Shown here piece by piece: positions 1 to 11,834 of a stretch of 64,000 bases of DNA (positions are counted from its first letter, which is position 1; each line of letters begins with the position of its first letter). The notes under the pieces were generated by a model. It did not search any database and was not told the origin of the DNA. It was given only the letters and a program-made list of their open reading frames with translations. Where the stretch lies: assembly GCA_001661245.1 (NCBI GenBank), contig KV454016.1, positions 606,648 through 670,647 of the forward strand. Direction: 5' to 3'. This DNA is from Pachysolen tannophilus NRRL Y-2460 (taxonomy: Eukaryota). The position numbers and the translations under genes are program-made.

Positions 1-784
1 GTTTTTTTTTTTTTTTTACAATTTCCAATCAATTAAATTAAATTCTATTACCTGAAAAGAAAAAATATATTTCAATGGTAATGGAACTGTAACATCAATT
101 GATTAAAAATTGTAAATTGATTGTATCTTCCTTCCATTTTCTAAAACTTTTTTTTTTTTTTATATATATACATTGCCTGATCTCCATGTTTTAACTCAAT
201 AACTCTAAGAAACTAAAAACAATTTTCATGTTTATAAAGAAAGAAAAAAAATTCTAGTTGTACATACTATTATTATCTTGTTTTCTTGAAATATAGATTT
301 AATAAGTAAAGAAGTGAAAAATTAAAAAAAAAAAGAACAAAAAAAAAAAAAAAAAATATAGAAAAACACGAATTGATAAATAAATATAAAAAGTTGTATA
401 TATAAAACAATTTAAATTAATTATTATTTGATTTTTTTTTTTTTTTTTTTTATTATTGTCAACGGCGATTTTTTTTACTACCTTTTTTTTTTTTTTTTTT
501 TTTGAAGCTTGCCAAACAAAACATACACACAACACACAACACACAACACAACACATAATACAACGCAGTATAGAATGTATATATGCACAGCATAGCACAG
601 CGTATGAGAAAATCTTAAAAAGAAAAGGGAAAAACAAAACAAGGAGATATGTGAGCGGGTGCGTGGTAGGTAAGTAAGATGACAGATTTTTTTTTTTTTG
701 TCAAGAATTATGGAACGACGGGTGGGGACATGGGATTGATACCGGGAGCATGTTACAGGATACAAGCACGGAGAAAAGTTACAG

Positions 785-869
785 GTCATAAAAGTCATAA
801 AGTCATAAAGTCATAAAAGTTATAAGTCATATAAATCATAAGGGCATGGGCATGGGCATGGGCATGGGC
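785..869. repeat. Adjacent short tandem repeats: degenerate GTCATA(A)AA units, then (GGGCAT)x4
   Basis: Read directly at 785-840 and 842-869. Confidence 0.85.
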
Positions 870-1298
870 GCAGGTTAAAAAATAAATGGTAAAAGGTGCT
901 CGCTCTATTAGGCAAGAGTACTAGGCAAGAATTCGAGCGGTAAAGAGCAGGTTCTTAAATTCAAGAATAACCAAACTAAGAACAAGAACAAAAAACAAGA
1001 GCAAGAAAACGAGGGGCGCAGGGTAGCAGGGTAGAAAGGCAGAAGGGCAGAAGGGCAGAAGACAAAGTAGAGAAAAAAAAAATTTTTTCTTTTCTTTTCT
1101 TTTCCTTTTTAGTTACCCGGATATTTATCTCTTTTTGTTTTTTTTTTTCTTTTTCTTTTTTTGGTGCATTGGTGCAATAGTTAAGGTAAAGGAAGCAAAG
1201 GTAAGCAAATAATACAATAATATAATTGAGCTTTAGAGCTTTAGAGCTTTATTAAAAGAAATTATGATATTGAAATTGAAATTGAAAAAAAAAAATAA

Positions 1299-1329
<31 letters not shown>

Positions 1330-1420
1330 GAGAAAGCTGATAATGAAAAAAAATAAAAGACAAGAACAAAAAAAAAGGAAAAAAAAAAATGTTTCTATCT
1401 AAATATAAAGTTTACTAATC

Positions 1421-2574
1421 TTAATCTATTTGCATAGTTTCTTCTGATGATATAATTAAAGCACCTTCCGATTGTAATTTTAATGGGTTTACTTCTCTAA
1501 TTTTTAAACCAAATCTTGTATCATTACTTAATTGTAACAATTGTAAAATAGATTCTTTGTAATCACCAGTTATTTGATGGTTAGAATGGACCCAACTTGG
1601 TTTTGAAATTTTTGATCCTCCAGTTAATCTTAAAATTTCTGGTACTTGAGATTTATTATTTAAAATAATAGTTGTTAATTCTCTAGAAACTGGAATTGGT
1701 TTTGAATTTTTCAATAAAGATTTGATCTTTAAAGATGTTAACCCTAATTTAGGTAATGGTAATTCTAATCCAGGTAATGAAGGAGTTTCTGCATCATAAC
1801 CAACTGCTCCAGTAGGATTTGCTGCATTTAATATTACTTGTAATGGAATAAATCTCAGAGCTTGAATAGGTCTTGCAACTGCTAAATGTCTATTTGTTAA
1901 TTCGCTTAATCCTAATCTTGCAGGTAAAATATCTTGTAAAATTTTTTGAAGTTGAATTTCCATTGATTCATTTACATTATCAGTTTTAGAAGATATTGGG
2001 AAATTTGATGAAGTATGAGCCAATTTAAAAGGATAAACAGATAATTGTTTATCAATCTTGGTTAATAATTTTCTAGAATTTTTCAATTTTAATTGATGAT
2101 TTATAGCAAAATCTCTAACAAATATAGAAGGTCTTGCACTCAATTCATTTTCATTATGATTTCTATCTGAATAATTATTAACAATCTGTAAAGTAACAAG
2201 ACCTGGTTCTGTTAATTCGGATATTGGTGCCATCCTAATATCAATAATGTATACTTCACCTGCTTCCACAACAAAATCATCTGTAGGTATATTACATAAA
2301 GAATCTGTAGTATCTTCAATCTTTGATTCAGTTCGTGTAATCAAATCTTTCTGTTCTTCATTGTTTGAAACTCTTGATAATAACTTCAATTCTTGATCTG
2401 CTTCAGTCCAAACAACACCTTTAAAATCTCTCTCTGCAACTAAACCTTCAGATTGACCAGCTAAGAATCTTCTGATTCTACGAACTCTCGATCCTGGCAC
2501 CACAACACAATTGAATGATTCCGCAATGCTATCAACAATTTGTCTAATTTGTGAACCCGTTATGCTATTATTAC

Positions 2575-2611
<37 letters not shown>

Positions 2612-3229
2612 GTTTTTATTGTTATTATTTATATTTTTCAATTGTTGAGGAATGTTTGCAGGTGATAATGTCAAACCTAACAAATTCACCAGAGCTTCTG
2701 TTGCAATATGAGCAGCACAAATAGCATCGGCATTAGCACCTAATAATGGTCCAGAAGGCTTCAGTTCCACCTGAGTCTTATCAACTGGAGGATAAATAAC
2801 TATAGTATGTGAAACATTTGCAGTATAACCATCAATATGACAACCTAAAGAAATAGTTACAATATCACCCGGTTCAAAGAAAATTTTTCCTTCATCATCT
2901 AACTCTGGCGCAAACCCACAAACAACATCATTGCGATCAATAGTCACCGGTTGTGATATACCTCTTTCTCTAACAGCATTTGAACCTCTCTTGTAAGAAT
3001 TTTGTAAAGCATGAGCCATATAACTATCACCCAAGACACATAACTCAGCTACCGTGTATAAAGGATGCTTCCCCAAATGATACGAATCATTTATTAAACC
3101 TACCAAATACGAGCAACAGGTCTGAGCTATTTGGCCAGATAATCTATATTTATCCAAAATCGAATCATTTAAAATATTTTTATCTTTTAATAAGAGATCA
3201 GAATCTGCTGGTCCAACCTGAAGTTCCAT
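1421..3229 (-). CDS. ARX1: Pre-60S export factor Arx1 (MetAP-like fold), 602 aa, with a poly-Asn insert
   Basis: Motifs LDKYRLSGQIAQT, ISLGCHIDGYTANVSHT, GPLLGANADA, VRRIRRFLAGQSEG-VAE, PSWVHS. Confidence 0.93.
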
Positions 3230-3453
3230 TTTTCTTTTATTTCTTTCTTTCTTTCCTTCTTTCTCTCTCTACTTTTCACCTATATGGAATTCTAAGACCT
3301 GAATCTTTTATTCCTTCAAAACCTAGATATAAACAAACAGCAATAAGCTAAGTTATATCAAAAAAAAATTTTAAAGCAAAGTTTGATTCTATATAGGCAG
3401 TAGAATTTTTCACTTTTTTTCTTTTTTTTTTTCTTCTTCCTTTACGCACAAAT

Positions 3454-3483
3454 AAATTTTTCACTTTTAAGATGCAAGATGAG
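3454..3483. promoter_or_regulatory. RRPE plus PAC-like ribosome-biogenesis elements upstream of ARX1
   Basis: AAATTTTTCA at 3454-3463 (another copy near 3403) and GATGAG at 3478-3483. Confidence 0.55.
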
Positions 3484-3565
3484 GAAGATCCGAAAACGGT
3501 CATTTGATATTCTTAAAACTACTCTTGTTTAGAAAGAAAAAAAAAATTAGAAAATAAAAAAATAA

Positions 3566-3647
3566 CGACAACGGCAGGACTCGAACCTGCGCGGGAAAAT
3601 CCCAAAAGATTTCTAATCTTTCGCCTTAACCGCTCGGCCACGTTGCC
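3566..3647 (-). tRNA. tRNA-Ser(AGA), intronless, long variable arm
   Basis: Reverse complement GGCAACGTGGCCGAGCGGTTAAGGCGAAAGATTAGAAATCTTTTGGGATTTTCCCGCGCAGGTTCGAGTCCTGCCGTTGTCG (82 nt), followed by a T-run Pol III terminator. Confidence 0.97.
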
Positions 3648-3889
3648 TTTAATATACAAAGAGCAATGTTTGTGCTATTTTTCAGGTCATAATCATTTTA
3701 ATACGGGTATTAAAAGATTAAATAGGTTTTTCTTTTTTCTCTATACGAAAGAATGCAAATTTATAATATACTCTTGAGAACAGATAATTTATGAATTTTT
3801 CATAATTTGGACAACAATTGATAAATAAGTTTTATTTTCTTTTTTTGTTTTTTTTTTAAAGAAAGATTTCCTGAAAAGATACTATTAAT

Positions 3890-4222
3890 ATGGCTGATAA
3901 AGTTTCTGAAAGCGGTATTAATTCTTCAACTCTTGAAAAAGTTAAGTCAACAGAACAAAAACTTGTGAGTGATTCTAAGGATATTGATTCTAGCATTGAT
4001 GGTTCTATAATGGAAGGGCCCGATAAATCGGTTGAGTCAATTGGAAAGACAAAGGATGAGTTATTACAAGATATTTTATTGAAAAAATCAATGATTGATT
4101 TTTTAATCAATGATATCCAGAAAACTAAAAGATTATCAGAAAAGTTGGAAGTGGAAAATAAATATTTACAAGATTATTCAGGTAGCTTGATGGCAAGTAA
4201 TGGGATGACTGATAAAAAATGA
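3890..4222 (+). CDS. SLO1: Short coiled-coil protein, SCOC/Slo1-like, 110 aa
   Basis: C-terminal KLEVENKYLQDYSGSLMAS resembles the SCOC/Slo1 ENxxLxxYIxNLM motif. Confidence 0.6.
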   Translation: MADKVSESGINSSTLEKVKSTEQKLVSDSKDIDSSIDGSIMEGPDKSVESIGKTKDELLQDILLKKSMIDFLINDIQKTKRLSEKLEVENKYLQDYSGSLMASNGMTDKK

Positions 4223-4481
4223 TAAAGAAAAAAAAAAAAAAAAGAACTTTTTTTTTTTGAATTTAAAGATCAACGAACGAACAATGAGTTTTATTGACAA
4301 TTGTTACACAAAAACCATAAATATATTCTTAAAATGCTTTACAATAACACAAAAGCAGATTGATGAGTAATTTTTTTTTTTCGTTTTATTGGAACAATTT
4401 GTTTAGAAAGTTTTTGTTTCAATATAAAATTCTGGAAGGTTGTCTTTACATCATTGTCAATTTACAAATAAGTAATTAAAA

Positions 4482-6004
4482 ATGAGCCAAAAAGTACATT
4501 TTGAAAAAATATTGAGTTTTTACGATAATTCAACTACCAATAATAATAATGGTGGTAGTAATAGTAATAACAAAAGTAATGGTTTACAATTCCCAATTCA
4601 AAATGTTCAGTTCCCAGTTAATGAGAATGAATTGATAGAACAATATAACGAAAATAAAAGTACAAGCAAATATTCAAAATCATCTCCTAATTCTGCTTAC
4701 CAGAGATTTGAAACACCAGGTTCATTTAAAGCCTATGATTTGAACAGGTTTAGCTCTGTGAAATCAGCTGGATCGCTGAAGTCAGGGAAAAGTGGTAATG
4801 TCCATCCATCTAGTGCTAGTGCTTCGAAATTTCAAATCAGCAGTGGTGGTAATAATATTAATAATAATATTATTATTAGTAACAATAATAATAATATTAA
4901 TAATAGTACTAGTAATATTAACTCCAATATTACACCTTATACTAATGGTAATTATTCCCATTATTAAGAAATATAGGTTTTCTACTTCTTTTTCATGAAT
5001 TTTGATGTACTAATTTATTAATTTTATTTACAGTGGTTATGACTAAAAGAGATCTCAATAGGCAACAAAGTTTAAATCACATGAGAAATAATTCTAGTAT
5101 TCCGGTTGATGTTAATACTAATTTGTTACAACAAAGATTTGATCATACTGATGAAATGGAAAATTTCAGTGATAACGAATTGCAAGATATTAAAAATGAG
5201 ATCAAGTTGAACAAGGCCAGATCAAAAGAGAATGAAGAATCATCATCTTCAAGATCTTCATCTCACAATCAATCAGTTATAGAACAAAGTTCTTCTGCAA
5301 TTCCATTGGCTATTTCTGCTTTGTATGCTATTGATAGTTCAGAAGATATAGTTGCTATACCTGGTCATTATTTACATTCTTCATATCAAACCGATGATCA
5401 TGATGGTTTGCATATGAATTCTTTGCAAGAAAATGATGTGGCTTCAACTTCCACTGTTAAAGTTAATTATCCTCCTCAAGGTGGGAAATTAGCTGCTAAT
5501 GATACCTTGTTGGATTTAAGCACGATAGAACCATCAAAAAATTATTCTGCACCTCCATTTTTTGATTGTATTGAACTTTCTGGTAATACTCAACAGGATG
5601 ACGAAGCTACTTTGTTTACAATTTTGGATTTTGAACTCTCGGTTAAACCTTGTATTAAATCAACTGATTCTTGGTGGTTAAAAAAATTACATAGAATTTT
5701 TAATTTTGGTGAAATGTCTTCAGCTGAAATCATTGAAAAATATCCTTGGGCCAAATTTGTTCATTATGATGAGGATAGTGTTGAGGGATCCTATTATTTA
5801 ACTGATAATAATTCACAAATACGTGAAAATTATGACATGGTTCCTGATTTTGAACCAATTAAAGTTAAAAGGAGATTAAATAGTCCATATGAGTTTATAC
5901 CGTCTGATGATTTAATTGGAACTGTTGGTACTACAAATATTCAATCTGAGGCTTTAGATATGAACGAACATTTGGAGTCAATAGAGATGAGTCGTTTTTC
6001 TTGA
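4482..6004 (+). CDS. Uncharacterised spliced protein, 478 aa; exons 4482-4947 and 5034-6004
   Basis: Intron 4948-5033 (GTAATT...TACTAAT...CAG) joins two ORF-track entries in frame (G+TG GTT ATG). Confidence 0.75.
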
Positions 6005-6088
6005 AGAAAAAAAGAGTAAATATAAAATTTTATTAATAAATTAAAACTTTTTTATTTTTATTTAATTATTATCATTATTATTATTAGT

Positions 6089-7420
6089 TTAGCCCAGCAA
6101 ACTAAATCTATGTAAATTATTTGACCAATCTTGAATTCCAATTTCCCCATTTAAATATTTATCTCTATTCACTTCTATATTTTTAGTAATTCCCGAACCT
6201 GACATTAAAAAAGTTGAACCATAAAGACTAGCACCCGACCATGGTCCCAAACTATGTACTAATTCAATTGGTATAGTTGTTAATTGTTGTAATTGTTTGG
6301 CAATATATGATTTAATACCTGGAATATGAGATAATCCACCAGTTATAATAATATTACCAAATAATTTTGTCCTTAAATCAATTGGTAAATTGATCAAAAT
6401 TTTATTTATAATTAAATCAATAATTGATTTTTCATTTGAATCCAAATTTGGCCAAAGATCTTGTGGTGGGAATAATAACTTTTTAACCAAATCACAACGT
6501 AATTTATTTGGAATTTTACAATTATCGGAAATTATAAAATCACCTTCAATATTTTCTTTATCATTTATATAGCAACATTTACTAATAAAATTTTCAATAA
6601 ATTCAAATAATTTATATTTATCATTAAAACTTGGTAGTTTTTCAAATCCAACAACTTGAATCAATTTTTCCAAAATCTCATAGTGCAAATATTTACCGCT
6701 TCTGTTTGTTGATTCAATATTATTATGAATTATTCTTAAATCATAAACTGGGACAATTGTTGTCAGTTCCCAACCAAGATCAATCACCAATGCATTTTGT
6801 ATACCAGCACCAATACAACACATAGTAGGCTCTGATACATATATCAATGACCTTGCATGTATATGGTTCAATAATGTATAACTTAATATATTTTTTAAAG
6901 GAATTGGTAAAAAAATATTTTCTATCAAGATAATTTTACACATTTTTGCATCAATCAATAATTCTGTTTGATAAATATCATGAAAAATTCTTTCTAATAA
7001 ATTTTCCAAAAATTTAGAATCAAAATTAGATGAGATATCATAATTCCATAACCATTGGGAGTTGATTAAATCTTTACAATAAATTGTTGATATTAATAAT
7101 TTTTCATTATTATTCTTTAATTTCGAAAATTCATCACCATGAGGATCAATTGAATGATCATTAGTAAGTATCAGTGAACCAGTTTGAGTTAATTCATTGA
7201 TTTCATCCGTAATACAGATTTCTCGATTCAAATGTTGATTCCATTTTAAATTATTTGTTTGTAAATTACATAATGGTGTAGCATCGCCTGCAAACCCCGC
7301 CTTAATAAACCTCGAACCTATTTGCAAAACCACAGGAAAATACTGATTGAGTTGTCTTTTCTGAAAATCCAGACTAAACTTCGGAACCGCCAGCTTTGAT
7401 TCTGAAGTCAACAAAGACAT
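6089..7420 (-). CDS. ARP10: Divergent actin-related protein, probably dynactin Arp10, 443 aa
   Basis: Actin-fold motifs VLQIGSRFIKAGFAGD, ALVIDLGWELTTIVPVYDLR, NIIITGGLSHIPG, WSGASL. Confidence 0.7.
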   Translation of the reverse strand: MSLLTSESKLAVPKFSLDFQKRQLNQYFPVVLQIGSRFIKAGFAGDATPLCNLQTNNLKWNQHLNREICITDEINELTQTGSLILTNDHSIDPHGDEFSKLKNNNEKLLISTIYCKDLINSQWLWNYDISSNFDSKFLENLLERIFHDIYQTELLIDAKMCKIILIENIFLPIPLKNILSYTLLNHIHARSLIYVSEPTMCCIGAGIQNALVIDLGWELTTIVPVYDLRIIHNNIESTNRSGKYLHYEILEKLIQVVGFEKLPSFNDKYKLFEFIENFISKCCYINDKENIEGDFIISDNCKIPNKLRCDLVKKLLFPPQDLWPNLDSNEKSIIDLIINKILINLPIDLRTKLFGNIIITGGLSHIPGIKSYIAKQLQQLTTIPIELVHSLGPWSGASLYGSTFLMSGSGITKNIEVNRDKYLNGEIGIQDWSNNLHRFSLLG

Positions 7421-10145
7421 CTAAATTTTTTTAAAAACAAAAACCAAAAAAAAAAAGAAAAAAAAATAAATGTAATATTATTTCTTTTATTTACTTTATT
7501 TATTTTTCCTCAAAATAAAAGTTGAGTAATAGTAATAGTAATAGTAGTAGTAGTAGTACCTCATTTACCACTTTTGTATTATTTATTTTTTATACAACAG
7601 CGGTTTCTTTCATGTTATATGTTTCTTTCCATATTATGTTTTCTTTATGTTACCTTTATTGATAACAGAGAATTAGTTGATGATGAGACAAGAGAAGCAC
7701 AACTCTGTAGTGTTCTAACGAACATCCATTGTTCCATTGATGCCAAACTCTGCTTGAGGAAGACTGTCTATATATTTTATTTTTTTTTAAAAAAAAGAAT
7801 TCTTCTCTTTTTTTGCTGAAATTCCCGGTTGCCCATTGGCGCTTAGCTTTGATGAAGATACAGCTACAGCTTACGTCTTTTCACATGTACCGTATAGAGT
7901 AGATCAGTTGCCGAATCAGGAAGCATCCATATTGATGTTGTATCTATCTGGTTTCATTATAGAACGCGGGACAAAACTTTAAAATTAATTTAAGTTGACT
8001 AGTAAAAATACGGTTGAATAAAAAAAATTAGGAAATCAACTTACAAAAAATCATTTTAACTCAACGGCGATAACGTATAATTAATAACTAAACCTCGGAA
8101 TAAAAGAGATCTACAAAACTACAAAAAAAAAAATTAAACTAATTCTGATGATATCTGGGACTTGGACTTTAAATTTTCAAAAATTGTTAAAACAAAAAGA
8201 AAAAAAAATTTAGCTTTTTTTTTTTTTTTTGCTTTGTTATGTTTTGTACATTTTTATTTTTTTGTTTTTTTTTTTTCTTACATGCTTTATTTGATGTATG
8301 GATGAGAGACAATTTGAAAGACATTACATGAAAAACTTAGTCCCCTCTGTGAGACCAAGAAAAAAAAACCCAAAAAAACAAGAAAAAAAGGCGATTACGA
8401 CTGCATATATTATTGTATTGTATTATATTATATTGCATCCAATAGTGTTATTCAGTAATTCTGTCATTTTAATCAGAGATAGTTTCCCAAGTAATTTTTT
8501 TTTTTTTTGTTTTTTGTTTTGTTTTTGTTTTTGTTTTCTTTTTTGTTGTATTGCTGTATTGCTGTATTGTTTGTGTATTTGCCTCTTTTTAACAATAAAA
8601 TAAGATGTAGAATTAAGTTAGTTTCATGTGGCGGTGGTGGTTGTTGCTGCGGAATGGTGCCTCATGATGAAAACAAAAAGATACAAGAATGTCTCATTTC
8701 GAATCTTACGTCTCATATTTAAATAGAGATATGCCCTTGGGTATGTTTGAAAAAAAAATTTAAAGTTTATTGTTTTTTTTTTTTATTTCTTTTCTTTATT
8801 TATGGTTGAACAATCAATCAATTAAAAGATTTATTTATTTATTTTTAATAATAATAAATTTAACTCAAGATTGTTGCACACCTTTATTTTTGTGTCTTTT
8901 TTTTTTAATAAAAAAAAAAATTTTTTGATGCGCCGATTAAGAAAACATATAGGGAATGCACAAGATATAATGCAAAATTAGGCAATCTAACGTCAAGTTT
9001 GTATCGACATGCATGATAACCAACATCCGGAAAACCACAACTTGACCAATGGTCAAATTGGTTTCTTTTTTCTTTTCTTTTTAAAATACAGTTTAAAGCT
9101 CATAATAATGATAATGCAAAAATTATTCTTTATATTGAATAGTAATACCTCCTGGTTATTTTTTGATCTTGTTCCCATTCATTTAGTTTATTGTGAAAAA
9201 ATTGCTGATCGTTTATCTAACATTGAATCCCACCTCTCACCCCCCTCCCTTTTCATTCTCTTATTTTTTTTTTTCGATTCGCAAAAAACTGCAGAATCTC
9301 TCAGAAATTGAATACAGTTTAATGCATAAACGTTAGAGCTAAATAATTTTCACGCATATTGTTCCTCTAACTAATTTAATAATTTTTCATATTATCAAAC
9401 TAAAAAAAAAAAAACAAAAAGTTCAAAAGTTTTAATCTCTGTATATACATATATATATAATGGAGTAGCCCAGGAAAAAAGTACTATGAAAAAAAATAAT
9501 ATATATACATATATATATATTATTTTGAAAAGAAAAAAAAATTAACAAACTTCTTACAAGAAAATCATTTGAGTATATCATCTGAATATCAATTTGAATT
9601 GAAAACTTAAAATGTTAATTTTTTCACTTCACCACTGAAACAATCTTCATATTGCTGTGTTTTCTTGAAAAATAAATCAAAAGAAAATTTATTTTATTTT
9701 AATTTTTTTTTTTCTTGGGTATTTGATTTTTGATTTTCCGCTATCACTATTATTAGTACCTGAAAGCAGCAGCACTCAACTAATTAGCCTAAACAGTTAC
9801 ATTAATATCCACTATACACCTCACTATTTACAAACTTTTATTTTTTGGCTTTTTTTATTTTTTTTTACTTTTTCTCGCTCATTATATCATTGTCTCATTC
9901 TTTGCAGCCGTTTTTAAATTTTTCGAGTTTCTCCCTGCAAGACAGATAAGATACATTATTACCAATTTTTTAAAAATCTTGATTTTATTAAAGATAAAGA
10001 ATTCTATATATTCATATATATGATTTGGTGTTAGAGCTGTATATTGATTGTTACTGATTTTTTATTTGAAAAAAAATACTATTCAAGAACGAAAAAAAAA
10101 AGCCAAAAATCGAGAAAGAAAAAAAAAAATTTTTGATTGTGCTGC

Positions 10146-10742
10146 ATGTCTACCACTATCAGAACAACAGAGATGTCTACAATCAATTGTAAACCTTTCA
10201 AAGAAGCTAGCTTATCAATTATTGCGGATGGCTCTACCAGTGCTGGTGAGGAATTACAGGAGACTGAAGAGTGTATTTCGTTGAGTAGTGACTCTTCAGA
10301 TGAGGAGAGTAGGGTGCTGGAAACCGTGGAAGAGATACAGGAACTGGAAAATTCTGATGATTCAGAGGAACCACAAGAAATTCATTCTCGATCAGAGCGG
10401 CCACCATTAAGCATACCTAAATCACATATGATAGCAGCATCTTCAAATCCAAGGAGAACTCTGTTGCTTTCCCCTTATATATTGCAAAATCAACTTGGAT
10501 CAAGATTTCCATATCACTCAATACATGGAATACACCAAAGACAAAATTTGAATTGTACTCCTTATTATTATCATGGACCAGCAAGATGTGGTATGAATTC
10601 ACCTTATTTACAACCTCCAAACAATTTTTTGTCTTCCTCTTTATCATCATCATCATCAACATCATCACAACAAAAAGATTCTCTGGATCTGGGTATTCAG
10701 CCAGTCTCATCTTTTTTCAAGAAAACTTGTTACAAGTGTTGA
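10146..10742 (+). CDS. 198-aa acidic/Ser/Pro-rich ORF ending in half a zinc knuckle (KKTCYKC*); likely the 5' part of a split GIS2/CNBP-like gene
   Basis: ATG at 10146; ends AAA ACT TGT TAC AAG TGT TGA. Confidence 0.65.
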   Translation: MSTTIRTTEMSTINCKPFKEASLSIIADGSTSAGEELQETEECISLSSDSSDEESRVLETVEEIQELENSDDSEEPQEIHSRSERPPLSIPKSHMIAASSNPRRTLLLSPYILQNQLGSRFPYHSIHGIHQRQNLNCTPYYYHGPARCGMNSPYLQPPNNFLSSSLSSSSSTSSQQKDSLDLGIQPVSSFFKKTCYKC

Positions 10743-11017
10743 ATCGAATAGAATAGAGTTATCGTAAACATCTGAAACTTGGATTAAGTATTTACAGTTG
10801 AAAGTTTATATCAGTAAATTTAAAAACCACTGCATTTTTTTTTTTCTTTTTTTTTCTTGGCTTTCATCTCACGGACTAGAATTTGTCTTTTTCTTTCTAG
10901 TATCAAAGAGTGGGAAGTGATATCTTTTTATTAAAGCCTCTCAAACTGTTATTGATAATAAGTATAGTGATTTAAAATTAAGAAAGCAATGATAGCTTTT
11001 GAAGTATTTTTCATAAA

Positions 11018-11834
11018 CTAGCCCCTTGGTGAACTTTGCTGTGCCCTGAAATGGCAATACTTGCTAATGTGACCTCTTTGTTGGCAAAAATGACATACAA
11101 CATCAGAAGCTTCAACAACATTCCAATCACAATTATCCATGAACGAAGTTAATCTTGACCGATTAACTCCCACAGCACAATAACTTTGATAATATACATA
11201 ACCTGGAGACAGAACACAATTCATTGGTAACTGATTGTGATAATATTTTTGAGCCAAGGCATCACCACTTAAGAACAACAAAGATTGTTGTTTTAAACTA
11301 GAAGAAGGATCGCTAGATCCTAGTTCAAGTTTCTGATGTGATGATAACGGCGTTCCGCTACTTGAAGGATATGGTGAGTTTGAAGATGGAGTTGTCATTG
11401 ATGATTCGGAGAGTGTGAAATACTGCTGTGATTGCTTTGTTGGACTCAATTGAAATTGTAAGTTGTAATATGGAGGCGGAGGTGGGTAATTATTAGGATG
11501 CAACTGTTGCTGAAACCGTTGTGGCAATTGCAGTTGCAGTTGCAGTTGCAGATGCAGATGCAGATGCAGCATCAGCAGGTGTTGTTGTTGTTGTTGCTGT
11601 TGATGATGTTGGTGTTGGTGATGCAGCGAATGTTGCGCATGTTGTGCATGTTGTTGCTGAGATTTTCTTGGGCACTGCGATTGGAGATGTCCAATCTCTC
11701 TGCATATATAACATTGTTTCAAAGTAGTTGACCTAGGGTGAGGACAATCAGCAGTCTCATGTCCAGGTTCTTTACAATTATAGCATAGTCGTTCAGTTGA
11801 TTGACAATTCTCAGCGTAATGACCAAGGTTTCCG
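11018..11834 (-). CDS. 3' part of a CCHC zinc-knuckle (GIS2/CNBP-like) protein with no ATG before its knuckles: half knuckle, two knuckles, Q/H/A-rich linker, C-terminal knuckle
   Basis: GNLGHYAENCQSTERLCYNCKEPGHETADCPHPRSTTLKQCYICREIGHLQSQC matches the Gis2 N-terminal knuckle array; in-frame TGA just upstream; ends CHFCQQRGHISKYC...*. Confidence 0.8.

Noticed and set aside
299..798. Overlapping short ORFs
   Set aside because: Translations of poly-A/T and ACACA repeats
785..869. Tandem repeats as telomeric or CRISPR-like arrays
   Set aside because: Short microsatellite-like units without spacers, in an internal eukaryotic intergenic region
3566..3647. This tRNA as the reassigned CUG decoder
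   Set aside because: The anticodon is AGA (ordinary Ser), not CAG
7574..10284. Several 60-100 aa Phe/Lys-rich ORFs
   Set aside because: Homopolymer-derived, often with non-ATG starts, no motifs
11493..11731. Alternative-frame Ala/Thr- or Leu/Met-rich ORFs
   Set aside because: Shadows of the CAA/CTG repeat in the knuckle gene
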